The translations under genes were made by a program, and so were the position numbers. From the NCBI GenBank assembly GCA_013115145.1, contig JAAPAO010000194.1, positions 1 through 55,213 of the forward strand: a stretch of DNA of 55,213 bases, written 5' to 3'. Of this stretch, positions 11,926-23,171 are shown piece after piece. The first letter of the stretch is position 1. Every line of letters starts with the position of its first letter. Origin of the DNA: Perkinsus chesapeaki ATCC PRA-425. Lineage: Eukaryota > Protista > Perkinsozoa. The notes beneath the pieces were generated by a model. The model saw only the letters and a list, made by a program, of their open reading frames with translations, did no database searches and had not been told where the DNA came from.

Positions 11926-14149
11926 ATGCTGGAGTTCTACTGCGGTGATTCCCGGTAGATTTTCAGTTCGGTGGTGGGCAAGTCGCGGAGATTCGGTGAT
12001 ACCGTTCCTTTCAGAACACTTTCCTGTGGGGTAGGTACCGTGGCCTGTGTGATAGCTTCCGAGATGACATCCGAGGCACTGATGATAAGCTAAGGCTATC
12101 GGCTTGCAACTTTGAGCTGCAGTATGCCAGTACATACTTCACCAGACTTAATATGCTAAAGTGAGTCACGATGGTTGGTCCTACCCAGCATCGTTCCGAG
12201 TGAAATGGGTCCCCGACTGGACACCAGAGATGCATATAACTTCATGGCGATGAGATAATGTGGAGTTCTAGGGAAACGGTCCTAGAGTAGAGATGTAGCA
12301 GAGCGTTCGGTGGGAAGTACGTTGCTAGTGAAGGAAGAGGAATGAAAAACAATTTAATATTTGCATATGTTCCTTGCTCTATAGCACCCTGTTGAGCGTC
12401 CGTGTGGTCTTAGGCGAAGCGTTCTCGAGGCAGCTAGAGTGAAGTGGGTGATATCCAAGGCCATCCCTGGTGACCATCTTCTAGAGGGAATAGGTCATGT
12501 CACTGACCGTGATCGTGGGGTGGGTGTATTGGTAGTACCAGAGGTCGCTAGGCCCCTACAGGTTCCAGTGGCGATCTATGGATGTCTCGTAAAGGAGGTC
12601 AAACTGCGGCCTTCAGTACTGGCTGAGATACAGAAGACCGCTGGGGTCAGCGGCATACATCCGGCCATGGTAGTCGGGTCATTGGGAGGTGGCCTGGAGG
12701 CAGTGGCGTGCACTCTCAGACTTCCCAGGGTTATTCTGTTACTGATACCTATACATCTGATGAGGATAAGGTGTTCTTGGAAGACAGCAGTTCTCGTATT
12801 CAACTGGTGGTTAAGGAGGGTTCAAGTGTCGACCTGAGCAAGCTGTGTCAGGGGCTGGTAAGTTGGCTCATTGGGAGCGGTGGTGTCGTAGAATCTCGGA
12901 CCACTCCGTTTGCGGAGCTCTCTTAACTGCCTCGCTTGTGCAGGTGCTGGCATTCAAGGGTACTCGAGGGCGCGGGTGTTTTGAAGTTGATGATGTGGTA
13001 CGTCTTGACGCTATGTCAGATTATAAGGCCTCTGTAGGCCTTCCCCACGCCGCTCGTTCCCAGGGCCCTCCCTGCCTCGAGTGAAGGGGGCCCTAAGTAT
13101 GTTGGCTTCGTAAGTGGTTTGTGTCTAGGACAGGAGTCAGAGGCTCGTGCCATGCTGGCAGAGTGGATCACTGGCTCTGCAGGTTGGTCTGCTAAACCTG
13201 GTGAGGCTACAAGCTACGCATCTCAGGTGGACCAGGAGGAGGAGAAGGCATTGATCCTTCGGCTTTGGTTAGACTGGTGATCGCTGGTGACACCCTGGCT
13301 GGGGTAACCACACAGGAAGACTTGAAGAGGGTTGATCAGTTAGCACAATCTCAATGGAAGGGGAATGAATTTACGTTTCAGATTTTTGGTCCAATTAGCG
13401 CGCTCAGTACCGGTCACGATTCTGCCTGGCGCCCAGGACCCGGCCAACTTCGCCCTGCCACAGCAGCCCTTACACTCGGCCCTCTTCCCAGAGTCAAGGA
13501 AGGTGCAGGACCTCACCGCCGAGACCAACCCAGCAAGGCAATGCTCGGCTGCTCTGCTGCCGTTGGTTCGACTTGTACTCTATCAGGTTTGAAGTTGACG
13601 ATTGCGTATTCCTCGGAAGTACCGGTGCCTGTGTGAAGGAGGTAATGCAGTACTCTACGACTGCCGATGGTCTCGGTAAGGCCGGCTCCAAAGTGTCGAG
13701 TCTCATTAAGACTTAGATGCCTTGGAGCTGACGGCCAGAGGTCGAGTCATTGCCCCGACAGCCCCGGATACCATAGCTTGCTATCCCTTCCCTAATTTTG
13801 ACCCATTGGTTGTTGTCGATGGTGAGCCTGCACTCTACGGTTGTCGCATTACTTTTGCTATTTACAGAGGAAGCTGTCCCTCATGTGATGTTCTCGTCGA
13901 ACCATACCAAGTCAGATTACAGAGTTGTGGATATCGGTGATACCACCAGGCTCACGCTCCTTACCATCAGCTCATTTGTGTCGGGTAAGTGTCCCTCTTC
14001 GAAGCAATCGCATATTGTAGCTGTGTTCCCCAGAGCCAAGTATGTTGTTGGTGAATGTGACTGAACCTAGCGACGTTGTTAAGGTCAATTTCAAAGCTAA
14101 TATGTGTGGAGTGGATGGTGAAGTGGTATCGATGGACACCTCATCATAA
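11926..14149 (+). CDS. POLD2: DNA polymerase delta small (B) subunit, multi-exon; start approximate
   Basis: FELQYASTYFTRLNMLK|RSVLEAARVKW, GCLVKEVKLRPSVL, DKVFLEDSSSRIQL, RLVIAGDTL, ILPGAQDPANFALPQQPLH, IAPTAPDTIACYPF, then EPSMLLVNV...DTSS-stop (14147-14149). Confidence 0.93.
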
Positions 14150-14454
14150 TGCAGAATTCATTCGGCTTCTTTTACTCTCCTATATTTTGCGTTCGAGTGG
14201 TATCTAGAGAACCCTTCAAGTCGACTGCTAGGAGAGGATTCCGACGAAGCGTTCGGTGATGCGCATCAGACGCACTGACGTTGTATGACGGCAAGGGGAT
14301 CTGATCGTATAATACGATTCGTATTACGGGAATTGCACCAACTACCTGAAAGAAATGATCGGAGGGCCATAGTTATTAAGCAACTTTTGCGCAACTGATA
14401 GGGTATAATTAGACACCGTTTGATTCACACACTAAACATCGTTATATAAAATGG

Positions 14455-15549
14455 TTAAGACTTAAAAGGAATAATAGGATCCAATTGTAGTAGTATTACT
14501 GGATCAGGTACATCACCGACGATTAAGAACCATACTGTAGATTTGAAGATGCGGAAAGGGTGTTCTGTGATGGTCGTCTCTTCCAGACGCAACGCCTTTT
14601 TGATGTTAACAGCATCTGACTTTTGCTTATCATCAACTATTCCCAGTTCCCACATGCCATTGATAAGCTTTAGTGGCAGTCTTTGAAGTTGAAGGTTTCC
14701 ATAGTCTTCCGTACGAAGTATTAAATTGCCCCATCTTCCTCCCTCTCGATCAGTGTGTATCCCAAGTGTACCATTGTTGATATCGTTAATTTCTGATATG
14801 ATATACAACCCATCAGGAATTCCCTCCGGTTCACTTGAAGGAATGTTATTATCGTTAACCTTCGGTCGTTTGACCTGGATGGGTCCCTTCTCCAGCGTGA
14901 GGGGCCGTTTAAGCGCGGGTCTCAGCACAGGGAATCTATCAGGGTTAACATGAGGAGTTGATGGGCCAGCATGGTCATCAGACTTAATCAAAGTAATGAA
15001 GTCAGATACGCCACCAATAGACGAATATAGTCGATCTGGCAGATTGCGTTTAGGCCATACGCCAATCTTCAGTGTCGAATCCTCTTTCATCTTACACAGT
15101 ATCATATCTTTATTCGTAGCTTTCTTATTTATACCCATCTCATTATACAATGATATGAAATACATATCGAGCTCACCGTCGAAGTAGAAGGAATCCGCAT
15201 TGTATCTTCGGCCTTGGTATTCCAGATCTTTATAGATAGCTCCACGAGAATATTTCCGAATCGGCATCGTGTTGCTTATTAAGGGAGGTTTCCCATCAAC
15301 ACCTATTTCCAACATACCCCTTTGTCCTTCTTCTTGATCCGTCCCAACGTGAAGTGTTAGACTAGTTATCTTAGGAAGGGTATCAGATATTCTACCATTC
15401 TTGTTTGTTACAGCGGTGTATGTTCCAGCGGGAATGTCCAAGCCGGTGGCATAGTGCTCTCTTCTCGATTTAGCGGTACTCTCTACATAAAGCGGCCCAG
15501 AGGATAACAACAAAAAGATAAATGGTATACCAATAACCGTCATCATCAT
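14455..15549 (-). CDS. Secreted lineage-specific protein with two copies of an IPxGxY beta-rich unit, intronless, 364 aa
   Basis: ATG start, signal-like VIGIPFIFLLLSSG, uninterrupted ORF, visibly more AT-rich than its neighbours, internal repeat. Confidence 0.8.
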   Translation of the reverse strand: MMMTVIGIPFIFLLLSSGPLYVESTAKSRREHYATGLDIPAGTYTAVTNKNGRISDTLPKITSLTLHVGTDQEEGQRGMLEIGVDGKPPLISNTMPIRKYSRGAIYKDLEYQGRRYNADSFYFDGELDMYFISLYNEMGINKKATNKDMILCKMKEDSTLKIGVWPKRNLPDRLYSSIGGVSDFITLIKSDDHAGPSTPHVNPDRFPVLRPALKRPLTLEKGPIQVKRPKVNDNNIPSSEPEGIPDGLYIISEINDINNGTLGIHTDREGGRWGNLILRTEDYGNLQLQRLPLKLINGMWELGIVDDKQKSDAVNIKKALRLEETTITEHPFRIFKSTVWFLIVGDVPDPVILLQLDPIIPFKS

Positions 15550-16626
15550 TATTAACAGACGTTGCAGTCTCGTTGTCAGTTACGTTATTCCACCACGTCT
15601 CCCATCTTCGCCGCCGTCTCGTCGTAAAAGCGGAGCGATGCGAACTTGGAGAGTGGTGTCGCACTAATAGATGCGGGATGTAACTTATATAGCCGCCAAA
15701 ATATTACTCCTTAGTCCGAAAGGATACTGATATGAATAATACACCGAATTTCTAGAGTCAGAGCTCACCCAGATTCACCCAACATATCTAAGATAAAGTG
15801 GTTAAAGTAGATAGGTCAAGTAGTTTACCATGATAGAAAAGAGAGGGAGAGGATGGAACCGTTACTTGCTTGGAAACTCGACGGTGAAACCTTGGACGAA
15901 AGATACGAAAATAGGCTAGAATTAAACGACGTACGCGAGCGCCTGCCTGCGCACATGCCAGCAGTGGGGGCGTGTCTGAGGAGTCGCGGAACCATCGCTT
16001 ACGAACCAATATGTGCATCTCCCAGTTAGGATTCCCAGTCTCATCATGCGCCAAGATTAATACGTAACTTTGTGGGTTCAATTGGACCCTCAAGCAACGC
16101 GGATGGAACTCGATACTTAGTGCCTCGCGCGCTTGAGAGGCACCACTCGACATGATCTCAATTTCAGAAACCGTGTGCTCGGCATTTCTGCGCACTTGGA
16201 AATCGAGCGGACGCGCTCTTGTGAACCTGATGCAATTTGAACGATAGTATCTTCGTGAAGCTTCTAAATGAGTTCCTGTCATACGATTCGGTCTTAGTCT
16301 ACAAGCCAACGGAAGCCACCGTCGTGGCTCTGATTCAGAGTGTGCCGTGACTCGACAAACTTGCCCTGACACAAAGCATGTCCCAATCTAGCTTACACTG
16401 GAAAACACTGCGACGCAGATTCGGTAGCAGGCTCTCGATTGAAGCACCCACATATATCCAAGGAGTTAAAGATGAGGCAATCGTGGGACCTTAGCAGGCA
16501 TCTTACCATTTAAAGTAAACCGATCTCGTTCCAGGCGAACTAGCTCCCGTTGCCAACACAATAGACAGGAACTGTCAAGCTAGCGTGTTAAAACAGGGAT
16601 TAGTTCCACAGATTGTTCTACGCATA

Positions 16627-17241
16627 ATGTCATCCTTCTGGGCTACTATCAAGGAGGCCTTTCGCATATCGTTCACTTCACGTTATGTATTATTATGGGC
16701 ATGCTACCTTTTGATCGTAACTGGTTATTCGATTGCTACGTATTTTTCCCAGACGCATCCAACTGATGCTATCAACGGTTACATTGTGGCCACCTATTTG
16801 GTTTTTGTTATCATTTTGCCGCCTCCGCTGATTCTGTATTACTCGTGGCAGATGGAAGCTAGCCGCCGGAATCGGGAGCGCAGGCGCTTGAAGCGCGAAA
16901 GGGCTGCTGAAGCCTTCGCGGTGAAGTGGCGGCGCTGGCTTGACAAGCACACCAAGGTTGAGCCCTACAAGAAGGTTGCGCTTGAGCGGAATATCTCCCA
17001 ATGCTCGACCGTTGCAGATGGTGATGATAGAGAATGCTGCTCAATCTGCCTTGTCGAGTTTGATGACGGCGACATTCTAAGAAATTTGCCATGTCACCAT
17101 ATGTACCATGACGAATGTTTTAATGAGTGCTTCTCTGAGCTGCCTCGAGGTAAGCACCATAAGTGTCCAATGTGCCGTGCCCGGATTGGTCCCGAGATTC
17201 GCGGCCATCTGGATGAGATCGGCAATCCTATTCCGAGCTGA
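16627..17241 (+). CDS. Two-TM RING-H2 protein (putative membrane E3 ligase), intronless
   Basis: ATG at 16627; two hydrophobic helices, then CSICLVEFDDGDILRNLPCHHMYHDEC...CPMC. Confidence 0.88.
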   Translation: MSSFWATIKEAFRISFTSRYVLLWACYLLIVTGYSIATYFSQTHPTDAINGYIVATYLVFVIILPPPLILYYSWQMEASRRNRERRRLKRERAAEAFAVKWRRWLDKHTKVEPYKKVALERNISQCSTVADGDDRECCSICLVEFDDGDILRNLPCHHMYHDECFNECFSELPRGKHHKCPMCRARIGPEIRGHLDEIGNPIPS

Positions 17242-17578
17242 TATAGGTTATTGCATAGTGTCTATTATGTAACACTTCCTTATCATTTTAATTATGTCTA
17301 TTTTTGTCTTGTAACTGCGTGCTGCAGTCAGTGATGACCACAATTTTCAAGTCTAGATCACTGTCGTTGTGTTGTTAGATTCTTCTAGTAGCAGCAGCCT
17401 TTTCTCGTGTGTGCCGGTGCGCGACAACAATAGTGATAGACACGCGACACAATTCTGTCTGAAAGCTATGTTTACAATCAGCATGCTTAACCTATGTATG
17501 AGCTACGAGTTTTCCTTGAGAAATTGGCAAACGCACAGGTGGCACTTTTCCGTGGGTAGTTTTCGTACTTCTTCTTTC

Positions 17579-18367
17579 ATGACCATGAAGTTCACCACAG
17601 CTATTGCTACTTTGGCCTGTTTCGCTACTGCCGGTGCTATCACCAGCAACGAGGCTCGTGTTGACAACACTCTGGCCGAGATCCTCGCCACTGGAGTTCC
17701 ACAAATAAACTCCATCATCTCTGCCAAACTCCCAAAGGCCATGGTCTTCAATCCGCCAGTCGGAATCGCCAGCTCCGAGCGTTCTCGTTTCCTCCACATC
17801 GGCGAGGGCTACAACGTCTCCCTGATGCAGCTGAACAACGTGGAGTCCCTTCAAGTCGACTTGATGGAGCCCTCCGTCACTTCGACGAACGAGTCCATTA
17901 CGCTTGGCATGGATATCTCGGCGAAGTTCACCGAAGCCCCACGTGTATTTGGCTACGTTGATGCCTACTACGGCAAGCTCAGCGCCGAAGGCGATATTCA
18001 GGTCTCCATTGATGAGATATCTCTCAGCACTCGTATCGACCTCACTATAGCTCTGGTTGATAACACCGGTATCATGGTGAGCGCTCATATAGATGATCTT
18101 AAGATGGATCCTATCAATGTGGAGAATCTTGACATCTACTGGGGCATCGATGGTCACGAAATACCCCACTGGCTTGATGATGTGTTCAATGATCTTCTCA
18201 ACCTCAACGTCGACCTTGCTGAGGACATCGGTCGGTGTATTGAGAAGGAGCTCATTAAGAAGCTCACTGCTGAAGGTATTGTTGTTGGCAACAAAGAGCT
18301 CACTCATTTCGCTCCTCTGATATTCCCTATGCTATTTGACAAGATCAATGCTTTCCTTCAAGCCTGA
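17579..18367 (+). CDS. Secreted protein, possibly BPI/LBP-like (TULIP) lipid-binding fold, intronless
   Basis: Signal MKFTTAIATLACFATAGA; N-terminal helix, long amphipathic beta strands, long C-terminal helix; strong C-ending codon bias supports coding. The fold call is inference. Confidence 0.7.
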   Translation: MTMKFTTAIATLACFATAGAITSNEARVDNTLAEILATGVPQINSIISAKLPKAMVFNPPVGIASSERSRFLHIGEGYNVSLMQLNNVESLQVDLMEPSVTSTNESITLGMDISAKFTEAPRVFGYVDAYYGKLSAEGDIQVSIDEISLSTRIDLTIALVDNTGIMVSAHIDDLKMDPINVENLDIYWGIDGHEIPHWLDDVFNDLLNLNVDLAEDIGRCIEKELIKKLTAEGIVVGNKELTHFAPLIFPMLFDKINAFLQA

Positions 18368-18983
18368 GCTATATAGTTTTTCCTCTCGGTTTGTCCAGTT
18401 TGTTTGGACAGTTTGAACCGTGTCTTGGCTTTAGTTCTCTTGGCTCTTTAAAGTCATATTTTCCTGGCTATCCGCTACATGTTGAGTTAATACTCATTAA
18501 CAGTTGCTTAGCGTCAACAAGCACATAATTTCCGTTCATCTTCCGCGTTCCTAAAATCGTACATATTGAGCTTATCGCTTCAACAGTATTGATGCCTTCC
18601 ACCTATCTCTATTGAGCGTATAATACTATAGCTAAATCAGCACCAATTAGCTAACTGCCCTCTAACAGATTCTTCAACGCATCTCCCGACCTCACTTAGC
18701 CTTAGACATGCCCTCTATGCGATATTGCGATGAATGATTTGTCGTACCAGATTCTTCCCGCTGGGAGCTACTGTAAGCACACAATCGTCATGGTCCCCTA
18801 GCTGTAAGACCTCTAGCTCTATTTTGTAAGAGTTTCATCGTCCTCAGGCGAGTACCATTTGTGAGCGTTTTGACGCGAGTAAAACCGCTCGTCTTTGTAT
18901 AATCGTCGCGCCGCTCGCAAGAGACGTGCGATGTACGCAAGAGCATAACTAATCTGCTCGTTTGCAGACGTTTTTCTTAATTG

Positions 18984-20852
18984 ATGCGTTTTTCCTCTAC
19001 TACTGCTGCTGCCTTAGCCGTCGCCTTGTCAGTGCCCGTGTCGGTGACATGGGCCTGTACAACAGTTGCGGTATCCAAGGAAGCATCTAGCACTGGTGTG
19101 GCAATGCTGGCCCATTCAGCCGATTGCTTCATTTGTGACTCTCGTGTGGCTTTGGTCCCAGCTCGTGATCATAACGAGGGTGATGACCACAAGGTTTTCG
19201 GTATTAACCAGCCGTTCCCGAGGGCTTACAACGACAGAGCGGCCATCTATCTCCCTCCAGCCGGCAAGAACTTCACCGAGCCTAGCGCCAGGATCCCAGA
19301 GGTCCCGCACACATATGCTATGTGGGAGTCTAACTATCCTCTTATGAACGAGGAGGGCCTTACTGTAGGAGAGTCTAGTACCAACTCTAAGGTCCCTGGT
19401 GGTTTTGGTGTCGATCTTGCTAATCCTGAAACCGGTGAATTCGGTGAGGCCAAGTTCAGCATCAAAGAGCTCATCCGTGTTGGTTTGGAGAGGTGCACCA
19501 CGGCCGAGTGTGCCGTAAAGGTGATGGGTGCCACCGCCGAAAAGTACGGCTTTTATCCCGAGTCTGTTGGCGCTGGTGAGTCCCTCACTATAGCCGACAC
19601 TAAGGGGTCTACATGGGTGTTCGACATCAGTCATGACTCGACAGGCAAGTCTGCCATCTGGGCCGCCCAGAGGGTTCCTGCCGGTCATGTGGCAGCTATA
19701 GCCAACCAGTTCACCATCAAGGAGATTAAAGAGGATGAACCCGATAATTATATGTTTTCGGCCAATGTGAAGTCGGAAGCTCTCAAGCTAGGTTTGTGGG
19801 ACGGCAAGAGTCCCTTTAGTTTCGTAAAGGCTTATGGTGTTAACAACGTTAAGCCCAGTTACACTAGTATCAGACTCTGGGCCATCTTCAACTATGTGGC
19901 CCCTGGCATCGAGTTCAATGTGGACCCTTTTGAGCTCCCCTTCTCTGTGGCCGCCACGAAGCCTATCACTCGTGATGACCTAATGGCTATCTTCAGAACC
20001 AATTACGAGGACACTCCCTTCGACATGACTCAGGGTATCTTGGCTGGAATCTACCATAATCCCTACAGAATTGAAGGTGGTGATGGTTTAACCCAAGTCC
20101 CTGGTGAGTTCGCTCGTGGCATCTCTATTCCTAGAACTACGTACACTATGCTGGGATATCCGGACCCGGCCAATCCGGTTGTTTTCTATGGTACAGACCA
20201 GCCCAGCTCAAGCGTCTTTGTACCGTTCCTCGCTAAGACATTAAAGGAGGCATCGGCTGATGATCTTGAGGGCTCGAAGAAGTTGTATTCTTCCTACTAC
20301 CAAGAAGGCAACAGAGCCGACTTCTCTACGTCACGGGACAGCGCCTGGTGGGCATTTGATTTCGTCTCTAATTGGATGAACATGAACTACCAGAACATGT
20401 CCCAGCAATATGTCCAGCCCGCTATTGCCGAGTGGCAGCCCCAGATGCTAGCTGCCGCGGACTCGGCCAACACCAATGAGACCAAAGACGCTCAGGATGC
20501 TGTGGTGAAGGCTTGGTGGGATCTCTCTGATAAGCTGGTTGTCCGCTACAATGATGGCTATTATAGTTTCCCGGAGTCCGACCCCGAGAAAGTTTTTTAT
20601 ATGGGATATCCTGCCGATTACCTTGCCCAGATAGGCTTCAACAAGGACTACATTTACCCGAAGTACGTTCAAGCCGCTGGGACACCCGTACACGCCGCCG
20701 ACACTATAATCGAAAGAGTGGGGATGTCCTACTGGTCGGTTGCAGTTGCTGTTGTGGTCGCACTTGTCGTCGGTGTTTTGGCCGGCCGTTTGTCGAGTAA
20801 GAAGCAGCGGGTGGCCGACACTCAAAAGGCTCTGTTGGCCTCGGAGCACTGA
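18984..20852 (+). CDS. Peptidase family C69 (dipeptidase/secernin, Ntn-hydrolase) with signal peptide and C-terminal TM, intronless
   Basis: Signal peptide followed by CTTVAVSKEAS (N-terminal Cys nucleophile), MNEEGLTVGEST, GESLTIAD, WAAQRVPAGHVAAIANQFTI; C-terminal WSVAVAVVVALVVGVLAG. Confidence 0.92.
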   Translation: MRFSSTTAAALAVALSVPVSVTWACTTVAVSKEASSTGVAMLAHSADCFICDSRVALVPARDHNEGDDHKVFGINQPFPRAYNDRAAIYLPPAGKNFTEPSARIPEVPHTYAMWESNYPLMNEEGLTVGESSTNSKVPGGFGVDLANPETGEFGEAKFSIKELIRVGLERCTTAECAVKVMGATAEKYGFYPESVGAGESLTIADTKGSTWVFDISHDSTGKSAIWAAQRVPAGHVAAIANQFTIKEIKEDEPDNYMFSANVKSEALKLGLWDGKSPFSFVKAYGVNNVKPSYTSIRLWAIFNYVAPGIEFNVDPFELPFSVAATKPITRDDLMAIFRTNYEDTPFDMTQGILAGIYHNPYRIEGGDGLTQVPGEFARGISIPRTTYTMLGYPDPANPVVFYGTDQPSSSVFVPFLAKTLKEASADDLEGSKKLYSSYYQEGNRADFSTSRDSAWWAFDFVSNWMNMNYQNMSQQYVQPAIAEWQPQMLAAADSANTNETKDAQDAVVKAWWDLSDKLVVRYNDGYYSFPESDPEKVFYMGYPADYLAQIGFNKDYIYPKYVQAAGTPVHAADTIIERVGMSYWSVAVAVVVALVVGVLAGRLSSKKQRVADTQKALLASEH

Positions 20853-21354
20853 AGTCCGTAGACCTTTCGAGACTCCCGAGGGTTTTCATGATGGATCGAG
20901 CTGCTGCTGCTGAGTAACGTTAATGTCTCAATCACTGCCCCCCTCCCCCTCTCTCATAACATAGTTTCCAAATGTATCCTATTTCTGTCGTAGGCTACGG
21001 CATAAGAGGTTTTCTCAAGTCGCCGGGACACACATAAGGGATTTGCGTTGTGACAATTCGTGTCCCACTGCTAGAGTCAGGTTACTTTAGAGAGATCCTG
21101 ATATGAGTCCTGTCTCGATGTTACTGGATATCTGCCCTGGAGTGGGAAGGGTAGTAGTTCTTTGGAGATGTCTGCTGTTACGGCTGGTGTCGATGTTCAG
21201 GAAGTCATGTGGTGCTCTTTCTGCATAGTGCTCCTAGTTACGGTTGTTAGGCTGTCGTGGTCCATTGGGCTGGATAGAGGTGGGAGGATCTGGAGGGGTT
21301 GGTCGGGATCAGCGTGTCGTCTCAGAATTGACTCGTCGCAAGTGTAAAGCTTCA

Positions 21355-22945
21355 ATGCGGAGGAAGAGTAGGAATGTGAAGAAAGGGAGGAAACCAGCGA
21401 CCTGCCCGCGGCACCGCGGCGGTCTCTCGAGAGTTTCGCTGGAGTCGGTGAAATCTGCCTTGGTCGCTGCTATTATGGTTCCGCTACGACGTCTTGTTAT
21501 ATCCCTGCCGAAGCCTTCGTACAGGGCCCCCCGTGATAGTGACACAGTTGGGGTACGGAAGGGAGCTGGTCGAAGGAAAAAACATAAGACTGATGAAGAA
21601 GCAGATGCAGAATGCCATCCCGATACTGACAATGTGGAGGCTTGTGCGGCGGCTCTCGAGGGACTGTCGGGACCAGCATTGGCTAATAGTGATGCGGCAG
21701 TACAGGCAACTGAGGATGGAGCCGGGGCTATGGAGGGTTGGACTATTGTGGAGAGGGCCTGTAGACGACAGCATTCTAGTGTTTCTGATAGTACCTCCTG
21801 TAGCAGTAGTGATAGAAATGCAGCGGGCCGTAAACAGGGACGCAGCAGAAGCACACCATCACCGCCGGTACAGCCCTGTCTCGGGCGAAGGTCGATGGGC
21901 TATACGAAGGCTCCTCCTTTACGCCAGAAGCTTCCCATTAGTAAGTCTACGCACTTCTAGAGGTGGCTAGATAGTTGGTGTAGGGAAACAAGATAAGCCA
22001 AAGGAGAAACATGGACGAGATGGGGGAAGGATAGGGTCAGACAGGTGATATAGAGAAGGCGTGCTACAAGTATAGGGACCCCTTTAGAATCGATAACACC
22101 ATAACGCAGAGCAAGAGGCATGTTTGGGGCGTTGTTGAAGCTGCCAGGTCTCTCGAGGGACCACTAGTATCTTCTATTGCATCCTCAGAGGTAGTAGAGC
22201 CGCGAGGTTGATCCTGGGATGGGGTTCTGCACAGGATGCTCCTACGTACACTGCCCGCAGCATGGGCAAGGTTGCTCCTTCGACGGCAGCCCCGAGTGAA
22301 TGTCGACTACTCGAGGAGTCCCCTCGGAGCCTACTGGATTCGTTGTGTGTTGCCGAGCCGCTATATCCCGACTGGGTTCAAAGGCTTATGGATGAATGTG
22401 AGGATGACGATAAGCAGGATTTGCCTCAAGTCGAGTATCCATCGCCCGATCCATCTGTTGACTCGGTTGTTGTTGTTGCTGCTGCTGCTGCGCCGGAATT
22501 CTCCCCGGTGTTCTCGATCATCTACGACACGTTGCACCCTTGTGGCATATGGGTGGGCCTTAATCACCTAGTTCGCAAGATTGGATACGCCTCGGGTGCC
22601 TGGGAAATGATATGGAACCTGGCCGACATCGGCTGGATTCAGTTAAGTGACTGTGGTCTTTACTGCCGTCTAGGCGAACGTTGGGGGAAGTATGAAACCA
22701 TGTTATCACCACCGGACGAAGTGACCGATAAAGATAGCGCTGTTGCGGTCTATTCGGATTCAGTGGACTACTTCCCCCTTTCTGATTGGGAAGTCGGCGA
22801 CAACCGACTCTCCTATGATAGACAAGATTCCATTGTTGGTTCCTCAGAAGGACACCAACAAGATCCTATGGGTTGGGCCCCTCCTCCGACACTTCCGAGA
22901 GGCTTTGCCAATCCACCAGCTATGATTATTGGTCTTATTAAGTAA
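21355..22945 (+). CDS. Hypothetical protein, low-complexity N-terminus plus C-terminal winged-helix-like domain; four exons
   Basis: ATG at 21355; three GT-AG introns keep the frame into ORF 22208-22945; the domain is shared with the next gene. Confidence 0.65.
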
Positions 22946-23171
22946 AGAGTTGATAAGTGTTCTTGTTCTAAAAGTGGCAGCCTCGTTCAGTCGCTTGGCC
23001 ACCAATATTGTACCGTTAGCTGCTGCTCTACGCCTGCATATCTGCACTCCCTCTACTAGCAATGATTGCCTTCTCACGTTCTCTATCTTAGAATCATGAT
23101 TAGTTTCATTCCCTCTCTGTGTTGTGTCTCCCTTCCCGAGATACCTCCCTTACAGTGGCTTAACCTACCCC

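Noticed and set aside
11758-12235. Minus-strand ORFs of 125 and 74 aa
   Set aside because: They overlap the 5' exons of POLD2 (QYASTYFTRL) on the plus strand.
15788-16372. 194-aa minus ORF with a GTG start
   Set aside because: No motif, no clear codon bias, lies in a divergent switch region; cannot be supported, though not excluded.
17492-18307. 271-aa antisense ORF
   Set aside because: Shadow produced by strong codon bias of the secreted gene.
18863-18890. Bulged hairpin with a GCGA tetraloop upstream of the C69 gene
   Set aside because: Short and imperfect; expected by chance in CG-rich intergenic DNA, with no ncRNA family features.
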